A stretch of 64,000 bases of DNA from Candidatus Obscuribacterales bacterium (GTDB lineage Bacteria > Cyanobacteriota > Vampirovibrionia > Obscuribacterales > Obscuribacteraceae). Shown here in pieces: positions 9,291 through 19,017 of the stretch. The stretch spans positions 3,136,001-3,200,000 of the forward strand of contig CBDDIJ010000003.1 in assembly GCA_965228855.1 (NCBI GenBank). The letters are read 5' to 3'. The notes under the pieces were generated by a model. The model did no database searches and was not told the DNA's origin. It saw nothing but the letters and a program-made list of their open reading frames with translations. Numbering within the stretch: position 1 is the first letter of the stretch; each line of letters starts with the position of its first letter. The translations under genes were made by a program, and so were the position numbers.

Positions 9291-11732
9291 GTGAAAAATT
9301 ATCCTCAACTGTGGCCGACGCCCCAGGACTACAACGAGACAATTCAAAATCCACATATTTGCTTTGAAGACAGCGATCTGCGAACCGGCAAAGTCGAGAC
9401 CACGCCGATAGGTCTACCGCGTTCAGCAAGTGGAACGTTTGCCAGTGTCTACAAAATCAAATCACCAGGCGGAGTCTGGGCCGTGCGATGCTTTCTTTCT
9501 AATAGGACAGACCAGGAGGAACGCTACAAGCACATCAGTGAATTCGTCCTGTTCGACAAACTCGACTGCACTGTTGCATTCCACTATCTGCCGAAGGGAA
9601 TCAAGATCGGAACAACCTGGTATCCAATCGTGAAGATGCCGTGGATTGAGGGACCCACTCTCGAAAATTACCTCTTCAGCATTTACAGGGACAAGGAAAA
9701 ACTGAGTGCGCTTGCCAGGGATTTCTACAACCTGACTGTTCAACTGGAAAACGCTGGTATTGCCCACGGTGACCTCCAGCATGGCAATATCATTGTCAGT
9801 CCTGACGGTTTGCGTCTGGTCGACTACGACGCCTTTTTCGTTCCAAAGCTCTTAGGCAAGCGCAATCTCGAATACGGACATCCAAACTATCAACATCCGC
9901 TTCGCGATGACTTTCACTTTGATGTCAGCGTTGATAACTTTTCCTCGTGGCTAATTCACCTTTCATTGACTGCCCTTATGCACGATCAGGCGCTGTTCAC
10001 CGAATTTGGTGGCGGCGATGATTGCATTCTGTTTAAACGCGCAGATTTGATTGAACCGGAAAGTTCGGAACTGTTTATAAAACTCGATTCGCATCGTTCG
10101 TCCGAAATCCGAAATTTGTCACAACGGCTAAAGGGCATGTTATGGGTGCTACCACATCTGGTGCCGCCTCTCGATGCTTCGGAGGAAGAGCTAGCGCATT
10201 TGCCTATGGAGAAACCGGCATCCTGGGCATTGTCGATGCCGACCCAAGACTTCACCCTGGAGGACAACTCAGCCGCAATTTCAAGCGCAAGCACCGTGAG
10301 CAAGCAGAGAAGGGCAAGCTTGAAACCTAAATTCAGGGGACTAAAGCAGCTTGCCGAAAGTGCTTTCCACAATGTAACTAAACAAGCATCGCCGCGCTAC
10401 TTCATTACACTGCGCACGCTGGACGGACGAGACCATCTGAACAAAGGACGGTACAACGAAGCGCTCAAGTGTTTTTCACAGGCGCGAGATCTGCACGCAA
10501 CCGTCTTTCCAGCGGAGCAAGAGCAAAGCATGGCTCTCCTTTTAAGATTAGCGTTATGTTCAAATTATCTCGACACACGCTCTAATAACTATTGCTTACT
10601 GGCCGCGCAAACAGCAAAAGAGTATGCCCGCGAGCAAGAAGAAAATCTCGAAATTCACACCAAAGGCTCGAAATTGAAATTGCGATTACAAGCCAACGCA
10701 GACTTAGACCACGAAGCGTACACCATGCGGTTGTTGGCGAAATTTTACAAGTCTCTATCCGACTTTCTGTATTACACGAGTCGTAGAAATTCGAATCAAG
10801 AGTTCACGATGTCGAAGATGTTTATTGCACTGATGGAAAATTGCGTCGATACGATTAATAAACCTGAGATAAACATCGTCATGCTTCCCTTGATGCAATT
10901 TGTCTTGTCTCTGATCGAAACAGAAAGATTTATCGACTCACAATCCTCGTTAGCTGACGCATCCCGAAAGATGCTCTGGTACAGTGGATTATGGCACGTA
11001 TCGAATTCCTGGAGTAAAAAACAGGTCGATTACGAGGCGTACTGGTCAATCCAGTGTCACCTGATGCGGGCGCTCGCAACAAGATCGGGAGAAACGTCCT
11101 TAATTCTCAGAGCAGAAATCCTATCGCGCGTCGACGGCTGCATCCACAAGGCGGACTTGGCTTTCATAGAATTATGCAATTCAAACAGGGAAGCCTTCAA
11201 AACCGCCTTGCTCCAATGCTGCAAACAGATGAAACCCGATGATGCGCTCGGCGGGTTGACGTTTTCACTAAGCGTTTTGAAAAAGAAAGATCCAGTCAAA
11301 TACGATGAAATTGTTCTCTGGTTGTGGGACGAGGTGGTATCGACTAAGCCGGTGACACCTGTCGTGCAGATTCATTGGCTAAATCAATTCGACAAGAAAA
11401 TAATTGAGAAGTGTCTTAACGATGAGGCAAAAGAAGCGATTATCGACACCTTAAAGTCGAACGTCAGAGCTTTCAACTATAATTACTTCAATGAGTTAGT
11501 GAACCTGGTCAGAAAGATCGATCGCGACCATCACTCTTTCACTCATAGACTCGTTAGCACTCTGGCGCAGCAAACGAGAATCGACGCGCTGGAACTAACA
11601 GAGGAGCAAATCGAATCAATCAAGATTTTCGTCAGACGATACGCCAGTGATGACAGCGACTTGCAGTTCTTCGCGGCGACCTTCAAGAAATCGCATCCAA
11701 ACGTCCGACGAATTCGCGGAGAGAAACCCTGA
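9291..11732 (+). CDS. Atypical Ser/Thr protein kinase with TPR-like helical C-terminus (paralog 1)
   Basis: 'WPTPQDYNE', 'SGTFASVY', 'WAVRCF', 'HGDLQHGNI', 'LVDYD', 'GHPNYQHP'; TPR-like 'HLNKGRYNEALKCFSQA'. Confidence 0.8.
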   Translation: MKNYPQLWPTPQDYNETIQNPHICFEDSDLRTGKVETTPIGLPRSASGTFASVYKIKSPGGVWAVRCFLSNRTDQEERYKHISEFVLFDKLDCTVAFHYLPKGIKIGTTWYPIVKMPWIEGPTLENYLFSIYRDKEKLSALARDFYNLTVQLENAGIAHGDLQHGNIIVSPDGLRLVDYDAFFVPKLLGKRNLEYGHPNYQHPLRDDFHFDVSVDNFSSWLIHLSLTALMHDQALFTEFGGGDDCILFKRADLIEPESSELFIKLDSHRSSEIRNLSQRLKGMLWVLPHLVPPLDASEEELAHLPMEKPASWALSMPTQDFTLEDNSAAISSASTVSKQRRASLKPKFRGLKQLAESAFHNVTKQASPRYFITLRTLDGRDHLNKGRYNEALKCFSQARDLHATVFPAEQEQSMALLLRLALCSNYLDTRSNNYCLLAAQTAKEYAREQEENLEIHTKGSKLKLRLQANADLDHEAYTMRLLAKFYKSLSDFLYYTSRRNSNQEFTMSKMFIALMENCVDTINKPEINIVMLPLMQFVLSLIETERFIDSQSSLADASRKMLWYSGLWHVSNSWSKKQVDYEAYWSIQCHLMRALATRSGETSLILRAEILSRVDGCIHKADLAFIELCNSNREAFKTALLQCCKQMKPDDALGGLTFSLSVLKKKDPVKYDEIVLWLWDEVVSTKPVTPVVQIHWLNQFDKKIIEKCLNDEAKEAIIDTLKSNVRAFNYNYFNELVNLVRKIDRDHHSFTHRLVSTLAQQTRIDALELTEEQIESIKIFVRRYASDDSDLQFFAATFKKSHPNVRRIRGEKP

Positions 11733-11733
11733 A

Positions 11734-14145
11734 ATGTGGCCGACACCGCAAGACTATAACGAAGCCATTCAAAGTCCGAAGCTCTGTTTCGCCGACGAAG
11801 ACTTGAAGAACGGAAGAGTCGAGACAAACGCGATTGGTCTGCCTAAAGCAGCGAGTGGGACTTTTGCAAGCGTTTATAAGCTCGTCACGCCTGGTCGAGC
11901 GTGGGCTGTGCGATGCTTTCTGACTTTCCGAACGGAGCAGAAAGAACGCTATCTGAGTATCAGTAAATTCGTGCAGTTCGACAACCTGGATTGCACGGTC
12001 GCTTTCGATTTCATAGAGCAAGGAATCAAAGTTTCCGGTCAATGGTATCCGATAGTGAAGATGCCATGGATTGACGGGCCCACGATGGACACATATGTGG
12101 CAAAAAATTATCGAGACGGCGCAAAAATGCTGGCTCTTCGAAATGCCTTTTACGAGCTCAGTATGTCTCTTGAAACAGCTGGTATCGCACATGGTGACTT
12201 ACAACACGGCAATGTAATTGTAAATGCCGAAGGTCTGCGGCTTGTAGACTATGATGCATTCTACGTCCCGGAGCTTAATGGTCAGCTGAGTTTAGAGTTT
12301 GGGCATCCCAACTATCAGCATCCAATGCGAGACGATTACTACTTTGACGTTAGCGTGGACAATTTCTCGTCGTGGCTGATTTACGCTTCATTGACAGCTC
12401 TTTGTTATGACCCTGGTTTATTCGAACAGTTTGACGGGGCGGATGATTGCATACTCTTCAAAAGAGCTGATTTACTTCGCCCGGAATGCTCCAACCTTTT
12501 CGCGACATTGCTTTCGCACGAATCGCAGCACGTAAGAGAATCCGCGACAGTTCTTCAGCGGATGCTATGGCTACCACCACATCTGGTTCCCGCTTTGAAT
12601 GCGACGAAAGAGGAACTTGCCAATCTGCCTACTGAAAAGCCTGATTCCTGGGACCTATACAGGGATCTACAAAATGACAATCGCCAACTGCAAGAGGAGA
12701 TTCGCCAAGATTCTTCTCAGACAGAAGATCTCAGTTACGTTCAACAGCGCAAGGGCGCAAAGAAGCCGCAAAAACAGACAGCAAAGGAAAAAGCGAAGTC
12801 GGTTTTTCACAAGGTTATTCGTTCTGCAACGCCTTCGATTTGGGCGTCAATGCAAACGAACCTTGGTGAGAAGCACTTCCAAAACTGCGAGTATGAAGAA
12901 TCCTTGGCCTGCTTCCTTTCCGTCCGCGAGGCCCAGACGACAAAGTATAAACGCGAGCGAGTTCTGGAGCTTCTTAATTTGTTGAAGTTAGCAGCCTGTT
13001 CGGTTTACGTCCATCCTAAAAATCAGACAGATAACTACTGCCTGCTGGCAGCTCAAGTTGCCGGCGCCCAAGCAAAACGATTCGAGGCGGTGGAAGTGTA
13101 CGGAGGCGTAACCGGTCTTCAGGAGATGTACAGACTACTATGCGAGCTTCTCACTGCCATATCTCGCAGAGGCAGTGAAAAGGATCCAGAGGTTCTGCGT
13201 GCGCTCTTAAAACTAATCGAGTTCAGCAACATGATCTTAAGCGCCAATGATTCGCAGAAGGTCATGGTCTCGCTGTCAGAGCTTATTGTAGCGCTATTCA
13301 ACAATTCTCGAATTCAAACTACCCCGGACGATATGAGAAATTGCGCCGCTCAGTCTTTGCGGTATGCGGGCAGTTGGGCGAAAATCTATGGTGCCTTCGA
13401 ATTGGAAGGAAATTACAGCAAGCCGTGGAAAAATTTATGCAAACTCACAGAGACCCTCACAGAGCACGCGGCTGACCCGGTTTTAGCAATCGAACAGATT
13501 CTGGTGGCACGCGCCTGCCAGAACATCGAGAGCGTGAATACCGACCTTCTCTACAAGGGATTGAGCGACGAAGACTCTTTCCAGCAGGCACTGTTGAACG
13601 CAATCGATATTCTCGGAGTTGAACTTGCGATGCAGTGTTTCAATGCTCCAATTCAAAAGATATCTGACGATGACCTAGCGCATGCTTCTGACATCGTTTT
13701 CTGGCTCTGGACAAAGGCGGTGCTTGACGAGCAAGCTTTCGAGATCGCACCAAGAATCGCCTGGCTGAAAAACTTCAAGGATGATATTCGCGCTCGCTGC
13801 CTGGATCCTGAATCTATCGAACTAATCTGTCGCAGAATAGAAACCGACTTTGCTAGCGTTCGATTCGTAGCCCTGACCTCGGCAACTCTGCGCGCCCTCA
13901 GCGAGCTCGGGGTCGCCGCAACCGACTGCCGAGAAGCAGCTCTAGCAAAAATGATCGAACTGGCAAAAGCGAACGCACCGCGGCTAAATGTTCTCGAAAT
14001 GTTTAGCGTCAAACGCATAATTAGAGACAATGCTGTCTTCGAGTCTCCGGCGTGGCACTTCGGCGACACATTTCACAACCAGGTCAACCTGGAAGAAAAT
14101 ACGCTTTCGTCCCTGCACAGCGGGTTGCTTCCAAACGGCGACTAA
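11734..14145 (+). CDS. Atypical Ser/Thr protein kinase with TPR-like helical C-terminus (paralog 2)
   Basis: Same motifs as paralog 1. ATG at 11734 lies 1 nt after the TGA of paralog 1, with GGAGAG upstream, so the start is reassigned from 11647. Confidence 0.8.
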   Translation: MWPTPQDYNEAIQSPKLCFADEDLKNGRVETNAIGLPKAASGTFASVYKLVTPGRAWAVRCFLTFRTEQKERYLSISKFVQFDNLDCTVAFDFIEQGIKVSGQWYPIVKMPWIDGPTMDTYVAKNYRDGAKMLALRNAFYELSMSLETAGIAHGDLQHGNVIVNAEGLRLVDYDAFYVPELNGQLSLEFGHPNYQHPMRDDYYFDVSVDNFSSWLIYASLTALCYDPGLFEQFDGADDCILFKRADLLRPECSNLFATLLSHESQHVRESATVLQRMLWLPPHLVPALNATKEELANLPTEKPDSWDLYRDLQNDNRQLQEEIRQDSSQTEDLSYVQQRKGAKKPQKQTAKEKAKSVFHKVIRSATPSIWASMQTNLGEKHFQNCEYEESLACFLSVREAQTTKYKRERVLELLNLLKLAACSVYVHPKNQTDNYCLLAAQVAGAQAKRFEAVEVYGGVTGLQEMYRLLCELLTAISRRGSEKDPEVLRALLKLIEFSNMILSANDSQKVMVSLSELIVALFNNSRIQTTPDDMRNCAAQSLRYAGSWAKIYGAFELEGNYSKPWKNLCKLTETLTEHAADPVLAIEQILVARACQNIESVNTDLLYKGLSDEDSFQQALLNAIDILGVELAMQCFNAPIQKISDDDLAHASDIVFWLWTKAVLDEQAFEIAPRIAWLKNFKDDIRARCLDPESIELICRRIETDFASVRFVALTSATLRALSELGVAATDCREAALAKMIELAKANAPRLNVLEMFSVKRIIRDNAVFESPAWHFGDTFHNQVNLEENTLSSLHSGLLPNGD

Positions 14146-16088
14146 AACGCCTCATCGCGAACAATTCTACCTAAAATTACTTCTTTCAGTTTCGGCATGT
14201 TTTCTTTCATGCGCGCCACTGCATCCGGTGACACATTGTTTTTCGTCAAATTGATGTTATTCAACTCACGCGAGCCATATAGACCGGGTAAGCCATCATC
14301 AGTGGTGCCGGTGCGATGCAGGTTCAACGAGTATAGATGTGGCACCTGTCCAATCTGAGCCAATTGCTCGACAGTCAGCCCGGTGTCAGGAAATTCTAGA
14401 AGCCTGCAAATTTTCGCATCTTTGATATTGGTCAACGCATCCGGTTCCAGCTTGCAATGCTTGAGTGACAGCCAACCCAGATTTACTCCGCGAACGATAT
14501 CAGTTACATCGGCTTCCGAAAGCGAAGTATTCAAAAGGACAATGGCAAGCAGTTGCTTCATGCGTCCCAGGACGTTGCCGACATTTTTATATTCGTAGCC
14601 ACACTCAAGTTCTATGTTGCGGATCGAAGTAGATTTCGCCAGTCCATCCAAAACTCCTTGAGGGATATTGTCGCATTTGAGAATCTGTAGATGATTGATG
14701 CTTTTGGTTTTACCAATTTGCTCCAACAAACTTGGTGTCAGTTTAGTGTTATACAGAACAATCTTTTCCATACCCAAACCAAGAATGTATTTGTAGCACT
14801 CATCGTCGACTTCCAACTGTTCAAACTGGAAGACCTTCATTTTCTTGTACGGCTCGACTGCTTGTTTAACCTGCTCCAAGTTCATTTCTCCGGATAGCAG
14901 GCAAGAATCAAAACGAGAGCTCTTATCTTTTATAAGGTGCGCACCAGCGTCATAAGTTGATTTTCCTTCGGTCATATCCAAAATCAGTTCTTCGTTTTCC
15001 GGCTTAGCTATTGCGTCTGAGACCGCGGAAAAGCCCTCCTGAACGTCATTTTTCGCCTGACTGTCCAGCCAGTTTTGATAAACGATCCAACCGCCAGTTC
15101 CCAGTATAAGCACAGTCCCAATGATAGACGCGAGCTTAGTATTTCTCTTCAGCCATTCATCAGCCAGACGTTTGCGCTCAGCAATGAACGCTCCTGAAGC
15201 ATAGATTCCAGAAGCGAAAATTCCCTCGGATGCACGCTTTCTCTCGGTCAGAGTCGTTTTCACTTTCTCTAGCGCTTTGATCAGCTCGTCCATATTTTGA
15301 AAACGATCGCTGGGATCTTTCTTGATGCACTTCGCGACAAAGGCTTCGACTTCTTCCTCGCACTCTTTGCCGGAAACCTCCGAGATCGTCGGAGCAAGCT
15401 TGTTTACATGCGCCATCATGACGTGAAATGGCATCTCACCGGTAAATGGAGGGCGTCCGGCGATCATCTCAAACAGCGTACATCCTAAGCTGTAGATATC
15501 AGAGCGCTCGTCCGTATGTTTACCGTAAACGGCTTCCGGACTCATGTACGGGGGAGAACCCATTGCAGCACCGGTTTTTGTTAACTCTTGCTCTTTGTCC
15601 GCATATTTAGCCAGACCGAAATCGACGAGTTTTACAGAATCATCTTTGCTCCGATCGCTAGACATCATAACGTTGCTCGGTTTGATATCACGGTGCAAAA
15701 CGCCCTTCATATGCGCATATCGAAGCCCTCGACAAATTCGCTCAAAAATCGGAAGAACGTCAAAGAAGGTTTGCGGTCCGCGCTTTTCAATCATGGTGTT
15801 CAAACTGTCGCCTTTGATCAAATCCATGACGAGGTAGAGCTGACCGTCATCCTTTCCCTGTCCAAAATGTTGGACGGTCATGATGTTGGGATGATTCAGC
15901 GCTCCCAGCGCAATTGCTTCAGCGTGAAAACGCTTGATCACGATGTCCGGTGTATTTGGGAAAAGCGATTTTATCGCAACGGCCTTGTTGTTGCGAAGAT
16001 CATGACCGCGGAAGACCATGCCCATTCCGCCCTGTCCAAGTTTTTTCTCTACTCGATATCGTCCTTCAATTACATCGCCTTCTTGCAT
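14142..16088 (-). CDS. Hanks-type Ser/Thr kinase - TM - leucine-rich repeat (paralog 1)
   Basis: 'LGQGGMGMV', 'VAIK', 'HRDIKPSN', 'DFGLAK', 'YMSPE', 'DIYSLG'; TM 'LASIIGTVLILGTGGWIVY'; LRR-like 'LYSLNLHRTGTTDDGL'. Confidence 0.92.
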   Translation of the reverse strand: MQEGDVIEGRYRVEKKLGQGGMGMVFRGHDLRNNKAVAIKSLFPNTPDIVIKRFHAEAIALGALNHPNIMTVQHFGQGKDDGQLYLVMDLIKGDSLNTMIEKRGPQTFFDVLPIFERICRGLRYAHMKGVLHRDIKPSNVMMSSDRSKDDSVKLVDFGLAKYADKEQELTKTGAAMGSPPYMSPEAVYGKHTDERSDIYSLGCTLFEMIAGRPPFTGEMPFHVMMAHVNKLAPTISEVSGKECEEEVEAFVAKCIKKDPSDRFQNMDELIKALEKVKTTLTERKRASEGIFASGIYASGAFIAERKRLADEWLKRNTKLASIIGTVLILGTGGWIVYQNWLDSQAKNDVQEGFSAVSDAIAKPENEELILDMTEGKSTYDAGAHLIKDKSSRFDSCLLSGEMNLEQVKQAVEPYKKMKVFQFEQLEVDDECYKYILGLGMEKIVLYNTKLTPSLLEQIGKTKSINHLQILKCDNIPQGVLDGLAKSTSIRNIELECGYEYKNVGNVLGRMKQLLAIVLLNTSLSEADVTDIVRGVNLGWLSLKHCKLEPDALTNIKDAKICRLLEFPDTGLTVEQLAQIGQVPHLYSLNLHRTGTTDDGLPGLYGSRELNNINLTKNNVSPDAVARMKENMPKLKEVILGRIVRDEAF

Positions 16089-16218
16089 GCAATCAAGACT
16101 CCGGTTTCAAAATACGCAAACAGATTCTGCCCAGAATAAACAAGGTTGTCCGGTGTGTATTGATTGTAGCAGAAAGGAGGAAGGGCTCTTTGTCATACTA
16201 GACCTGGTTGAGAGGTCT

Positions 16219-16289
16219 GGAGTTCGGAGTTCGGAGTCCGGAGAGTTCGGAATTCGGAATTCGAGTTCGGAATTCGGAATTCGGAATTC
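16219..16289. repeat. Intergenic heptamer tandem repeat (GGAGTTC/GGAATTC), about 10 units
   Basis: ggagttc ggagttc ggagtcc ggagagttc ggaattc ggaattc gagttc ggaattc ggaattc ggaattc. Confidence 0.9.
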
Positions 16290-16358
16290 ATTTGGAGTGA
16301 AACGGTTAGCGTTTAGAATTCAGGGGCTCAAAGTCCAGCAGTTCAGATGATGATAAAT

Positions 16359-18419
16359 TCAGTACAGTTCCTTGAACGCCGGCGACGTGTCGCCGAAGGT
16401 AATCTCTGTGTCCGGACGAGATGCGCGCAGAACAGCAACTCCAGTTTCACTCACCTTTGTACCATTCAAGATCAAACGCTTGAGACTGCTGCAATGACGG
16501 AAATTGCGCAGGTCTTCGTCGGTGGTGTTGGTGCCGTGCAAATCAAGGAATGCAAGCATCGGCATCTGCGCTATCTCCGAAAAATGCCGCGGTTTCAAGT
16601 CGACATCGACAAGTGTCAAAGCCGTACAGCGCGATGCCAACTTGAGATCAGCAAATTCATCATCGGCAATTTCGCCGCCTATCAAGCCGAATATATTGAG
16701 ATGCAAACCGCTGGCCATCTCTCGAACGTCAGCGCGACTCAATTTGCAATCGTATAAAATTAGCAGCGACAGCGATTTGATTCTGGCAAGCGCCGCGCCT
16801 GGATGCGGGTAATTCTTTCCCGGTTCGAATTCGAGTCCCGTCAATTCTAAGGAGCTTATCTTTTCTGCTGAGCCTGCTTTATCCGTCGAACCGGCTCCGT
16901 TAAGTGAACCAGCCCCGCCTGCCGTGTCCGCTCTAACTGTCGAAACGGGTCTGTCAATCAATCCCGCCCCTCCTGTCGTGCCTAATCTTTCTATGAAACC
17001 AACAGGCAAATCACCTGTTTTGTAAAACCTGAGATTGTGAAGTTTAGGCATGCGGACAATAGCATCAAGTATGAACGGCTTGAGTTCCATCTCCGAAATT
17101 TGAAGGCACTCAATGCTCGGCAGGGCAAGAATATTTTTTATACAATCGTTGCTACAACTCAGTTCCGAAAGTTTAAACGACTTCATATCGCGGCGTTTAT
17201 CGACTGCGTTCATCAGCTCCTCATCAGGTATTCGACCGGCAATGAAACACGTTTTGTCAGCACAAAAAGAACTGTCAATAATGGATACGCCACCCTCGGT
17301 GGTATCAGTCTGCTCTAACATTCGCTGGCGTGTTTCAGGCTTTTCAACGGCCTGACCTAGCTGAATAAGAGCATCATCAAGCGGCACGACAGGCTCCGGC
17401 TCTTTCCATGACACGATTGCAAATACTGCCAGACCCACGCAACCGAGAATAACTACAGCCAGAACACTGCCGACACCTAGAATCTTGCGGTCAGCGCTAA
17501 ATACCTTATTCGCGAGGAAAGAGCCGGAAGCGTAGACACCAGAGGCGAGCGCGCCCAGCGACGTTTCCTTTTTACTTTGTAGAGCGGCTTTGACTTCGTT
17601 GAGACCCTTGATCAACGCATCCATGTTTTGAAAACGATCTTTCGGATCCTTTTTCATACACTTCTGAACAAACAACTCCACATCTTCATCAAACCGCTTG
17701 CCGCTCGCCTCCGCGAGTGTTGGTGGCAAGCGATGCAGATGAGCCATCATCGTATGCAGCGGATTGTCGCCGACAAGAGGCGGCACGCCGACCATCATTT
17801 CAAAAAACGTACAACCGAGACTGTAGATATCAGACCGCTCGTCCGAATCAATTCCACGAACCGCCTCAGGCGACATATATGGTGGAGAACCCATAGCAGT
17901 GCCAGTCTTCGTCAGCTCAAAATCCTTGTCTGCTACTTTTGCCAATCCAAAATCGACAAGCTTCACAGAGCCCTCTTGCGATTTGTCGTTAGACAACATC
18001 ACGTTGCTCGGTTTTATATCTCGATGCAACACTCCATTGTTGTGCGCATATCTCAGGCCTCGGCAGATCTTTTCAAATATCGGTAAGACGTCGTAGAACG
18101 TCTGCGGTCCCCGCTTTTCAATCATCGTTGCAAGTGACTCGCCTTTGATGAAATCCATCACGAGATAGAGTTGACCGTTTTCAGCTTGACCAAACTGATG
18201 CACCGTCAAAATATTCGGATGACTTAAGGCAGCCAGCGCAACCGCTTCAGCGTGAAACCGTTTAATCACCACATCTGGTGTATTCGGAAATAAAACTTTG
18301 ATCGCGACCGTCTTGTTGAGCAGCGTATCGAAACCACGATAGACCTGCCCCATACCGCCCTGACCGAGAAGCTTCTCGACACGGTAGCGTCCGTTTTCTA
18401 TCTGATCGCCTTCCTGCAT
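16359..18419 (-). CDS. Hanks-type Ser/Thr kinase - TM - leucine-rich repeat (paralog 2)
   Basis: Kinase domain closely parallels 14142..16088; TM 'ILGVGSVLAVVILGCVGLAVFAIV'; LRR 'LAFLDLHGTNTTDEDL', 'LKRLILNGTKVSETGV'. Confidence 0.92.
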   Translation of the reverse strand: MQEGDQIENGRYRVEKLLGQGGMGQVYRGFDTLLNKTVAIKVLFPNTPDVVIKRFHAEAVALAALSHPNILTVHQFGQAENGQLYLVMDFIKGESLATMIEKRGPQTFYDVLPIFEKICRGLRYAHNNGVLHRDIKPSNVMLSNDKSQEGSVKLVDFGLAKVADKDFELTKTGTAMGSPPYMSPEAVRGIDSDERSDIYSLGCTFFEMMVGVPPLVGDNPLHTMMAHLHRLPPTLAEASGKRFDEDVELFVQKCMKKDPKDRFQNMDALIKGLNEVKAALQSKKETSLGALASGVYASGSFLANKVFSADRKILGVGSVLAVVILGCVGLAVFAIVSWKEPEPVVPLDDALIQLGQAVEKPETRQRMLEQTDTTEGGVSIIDSSFCADKTCFIAGRIPDEELMNAVDKRRDMKSFKLSELSCSNDCIKNILALPSIECLQISEMELKPFILDAIVRMPKLHNLRFYKTGDLPVGFIERLGTTGGAGLIDRPVSTVRADTAGGAGSLNGAGSTDKAGSAEKISSLELTGLEFEPGKNYPHPGAALARIKSLSLLILYDCKLSRADVREMASGLHLNIFGLIGGEIADDEFADLKLASRCTALTLVDVDLKPRHFSEIAQMPMLAFLDLHGTNTTDEDLRNFRHCSSLKRLILNGTKVSETGVAVLRASRPDTEITFGDTSPAFKELY

Positions 18420-18425
18420 TGAGCG

Positions 18426-18431
18426 ATTATA
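18426..18431 (-). promoter_or_regulatory. Candidate -10 box (TATAAT) 6 nt before the kinase ATG; possible leaderless transcript
   Basis: Minus strand reads TATAAT-cgctca-ATG with no Shine-Dalgarno. Confidence 0.5.
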
Positions 18432-18510
18432 TCTGTTAACGGATCACCAAAAACATGCACGAAGAAACGGCAGGCACATAACACCTACCGCAAAAGACTG
18501 TGAAAACTTA

Positions 18511-18891
18511 CTAGCGCCAGGAGCCGTCGCCCGAATCACGTATGGAGCCAGGAGCAGGAGCTGCTTTGCGCAAGTCTTCTGGTCCTTTGATTTTGCATCC
18601 GCAATCTGCGCAGAAGTGTTGTTCGCCAACGATTCTTGCACCCAGGCGGTGACCGTACAACGAGCACTGGTTCTTCATCGAGCCAGAAGTGAATGTGCAG
18701 TAGTGCATGATATTTCTGAAGACAGAACTGATGCGATGTCCGATTGGCCGCTCGGCAGAATCGGACGAAAGCACTTTCATTTTAAGCGTGCTTACCTGTT
18801 CTTTAGTCGGAGTTGTCGCATCCGGATGTTTCTTTGAAATGACTGAACGATCGATCATTGCCGATTTACTCCCATTTCGCATGTCATACAC
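18511..18891 (-). CDS. Small Cys/His-rich hypothetical protein (possible zinc ribbon); start uncertain
   Basis: 'HYC...CSLYGH...HFCADCGC'; fills an otherwise empty interval. Confidence 0.55.
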   Translation of the reverse strand: MYDMRNGSKSAMIDRSVISKKHPDATTPTKEQVSTLKMKVLSSDSAERPIGHRISSVFRNIMHYCTFTSGSMKNQCSLYGHRLGARIVGEQHFCADCGCKIKGPEDLRKAAPAPGSIRDSGDGSWR

Positions 18892-19017
18892 GCATCACTC
18901 AGAGCTGACAGCGATCAGCGCCCTGAGCGGTTCTCATGGTCCTCCGGACGCCCCTTCCACAGGACAAATCCAGCTTGAGATCGTGATATTCGCATTTTTT
19001 CTTTCAAAAGGCAATGA

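Noticed and set aside
11647..11733. Longer start for kinase paralog 2
   Set aside because: It overlaps paralog 1. Homology starts at MWPTPQ (11734), which has an SD-like sequence.
16219..16289. CRISPR array
   Set aside because: 7-bp contiguous units with no spacers and no cas genes.
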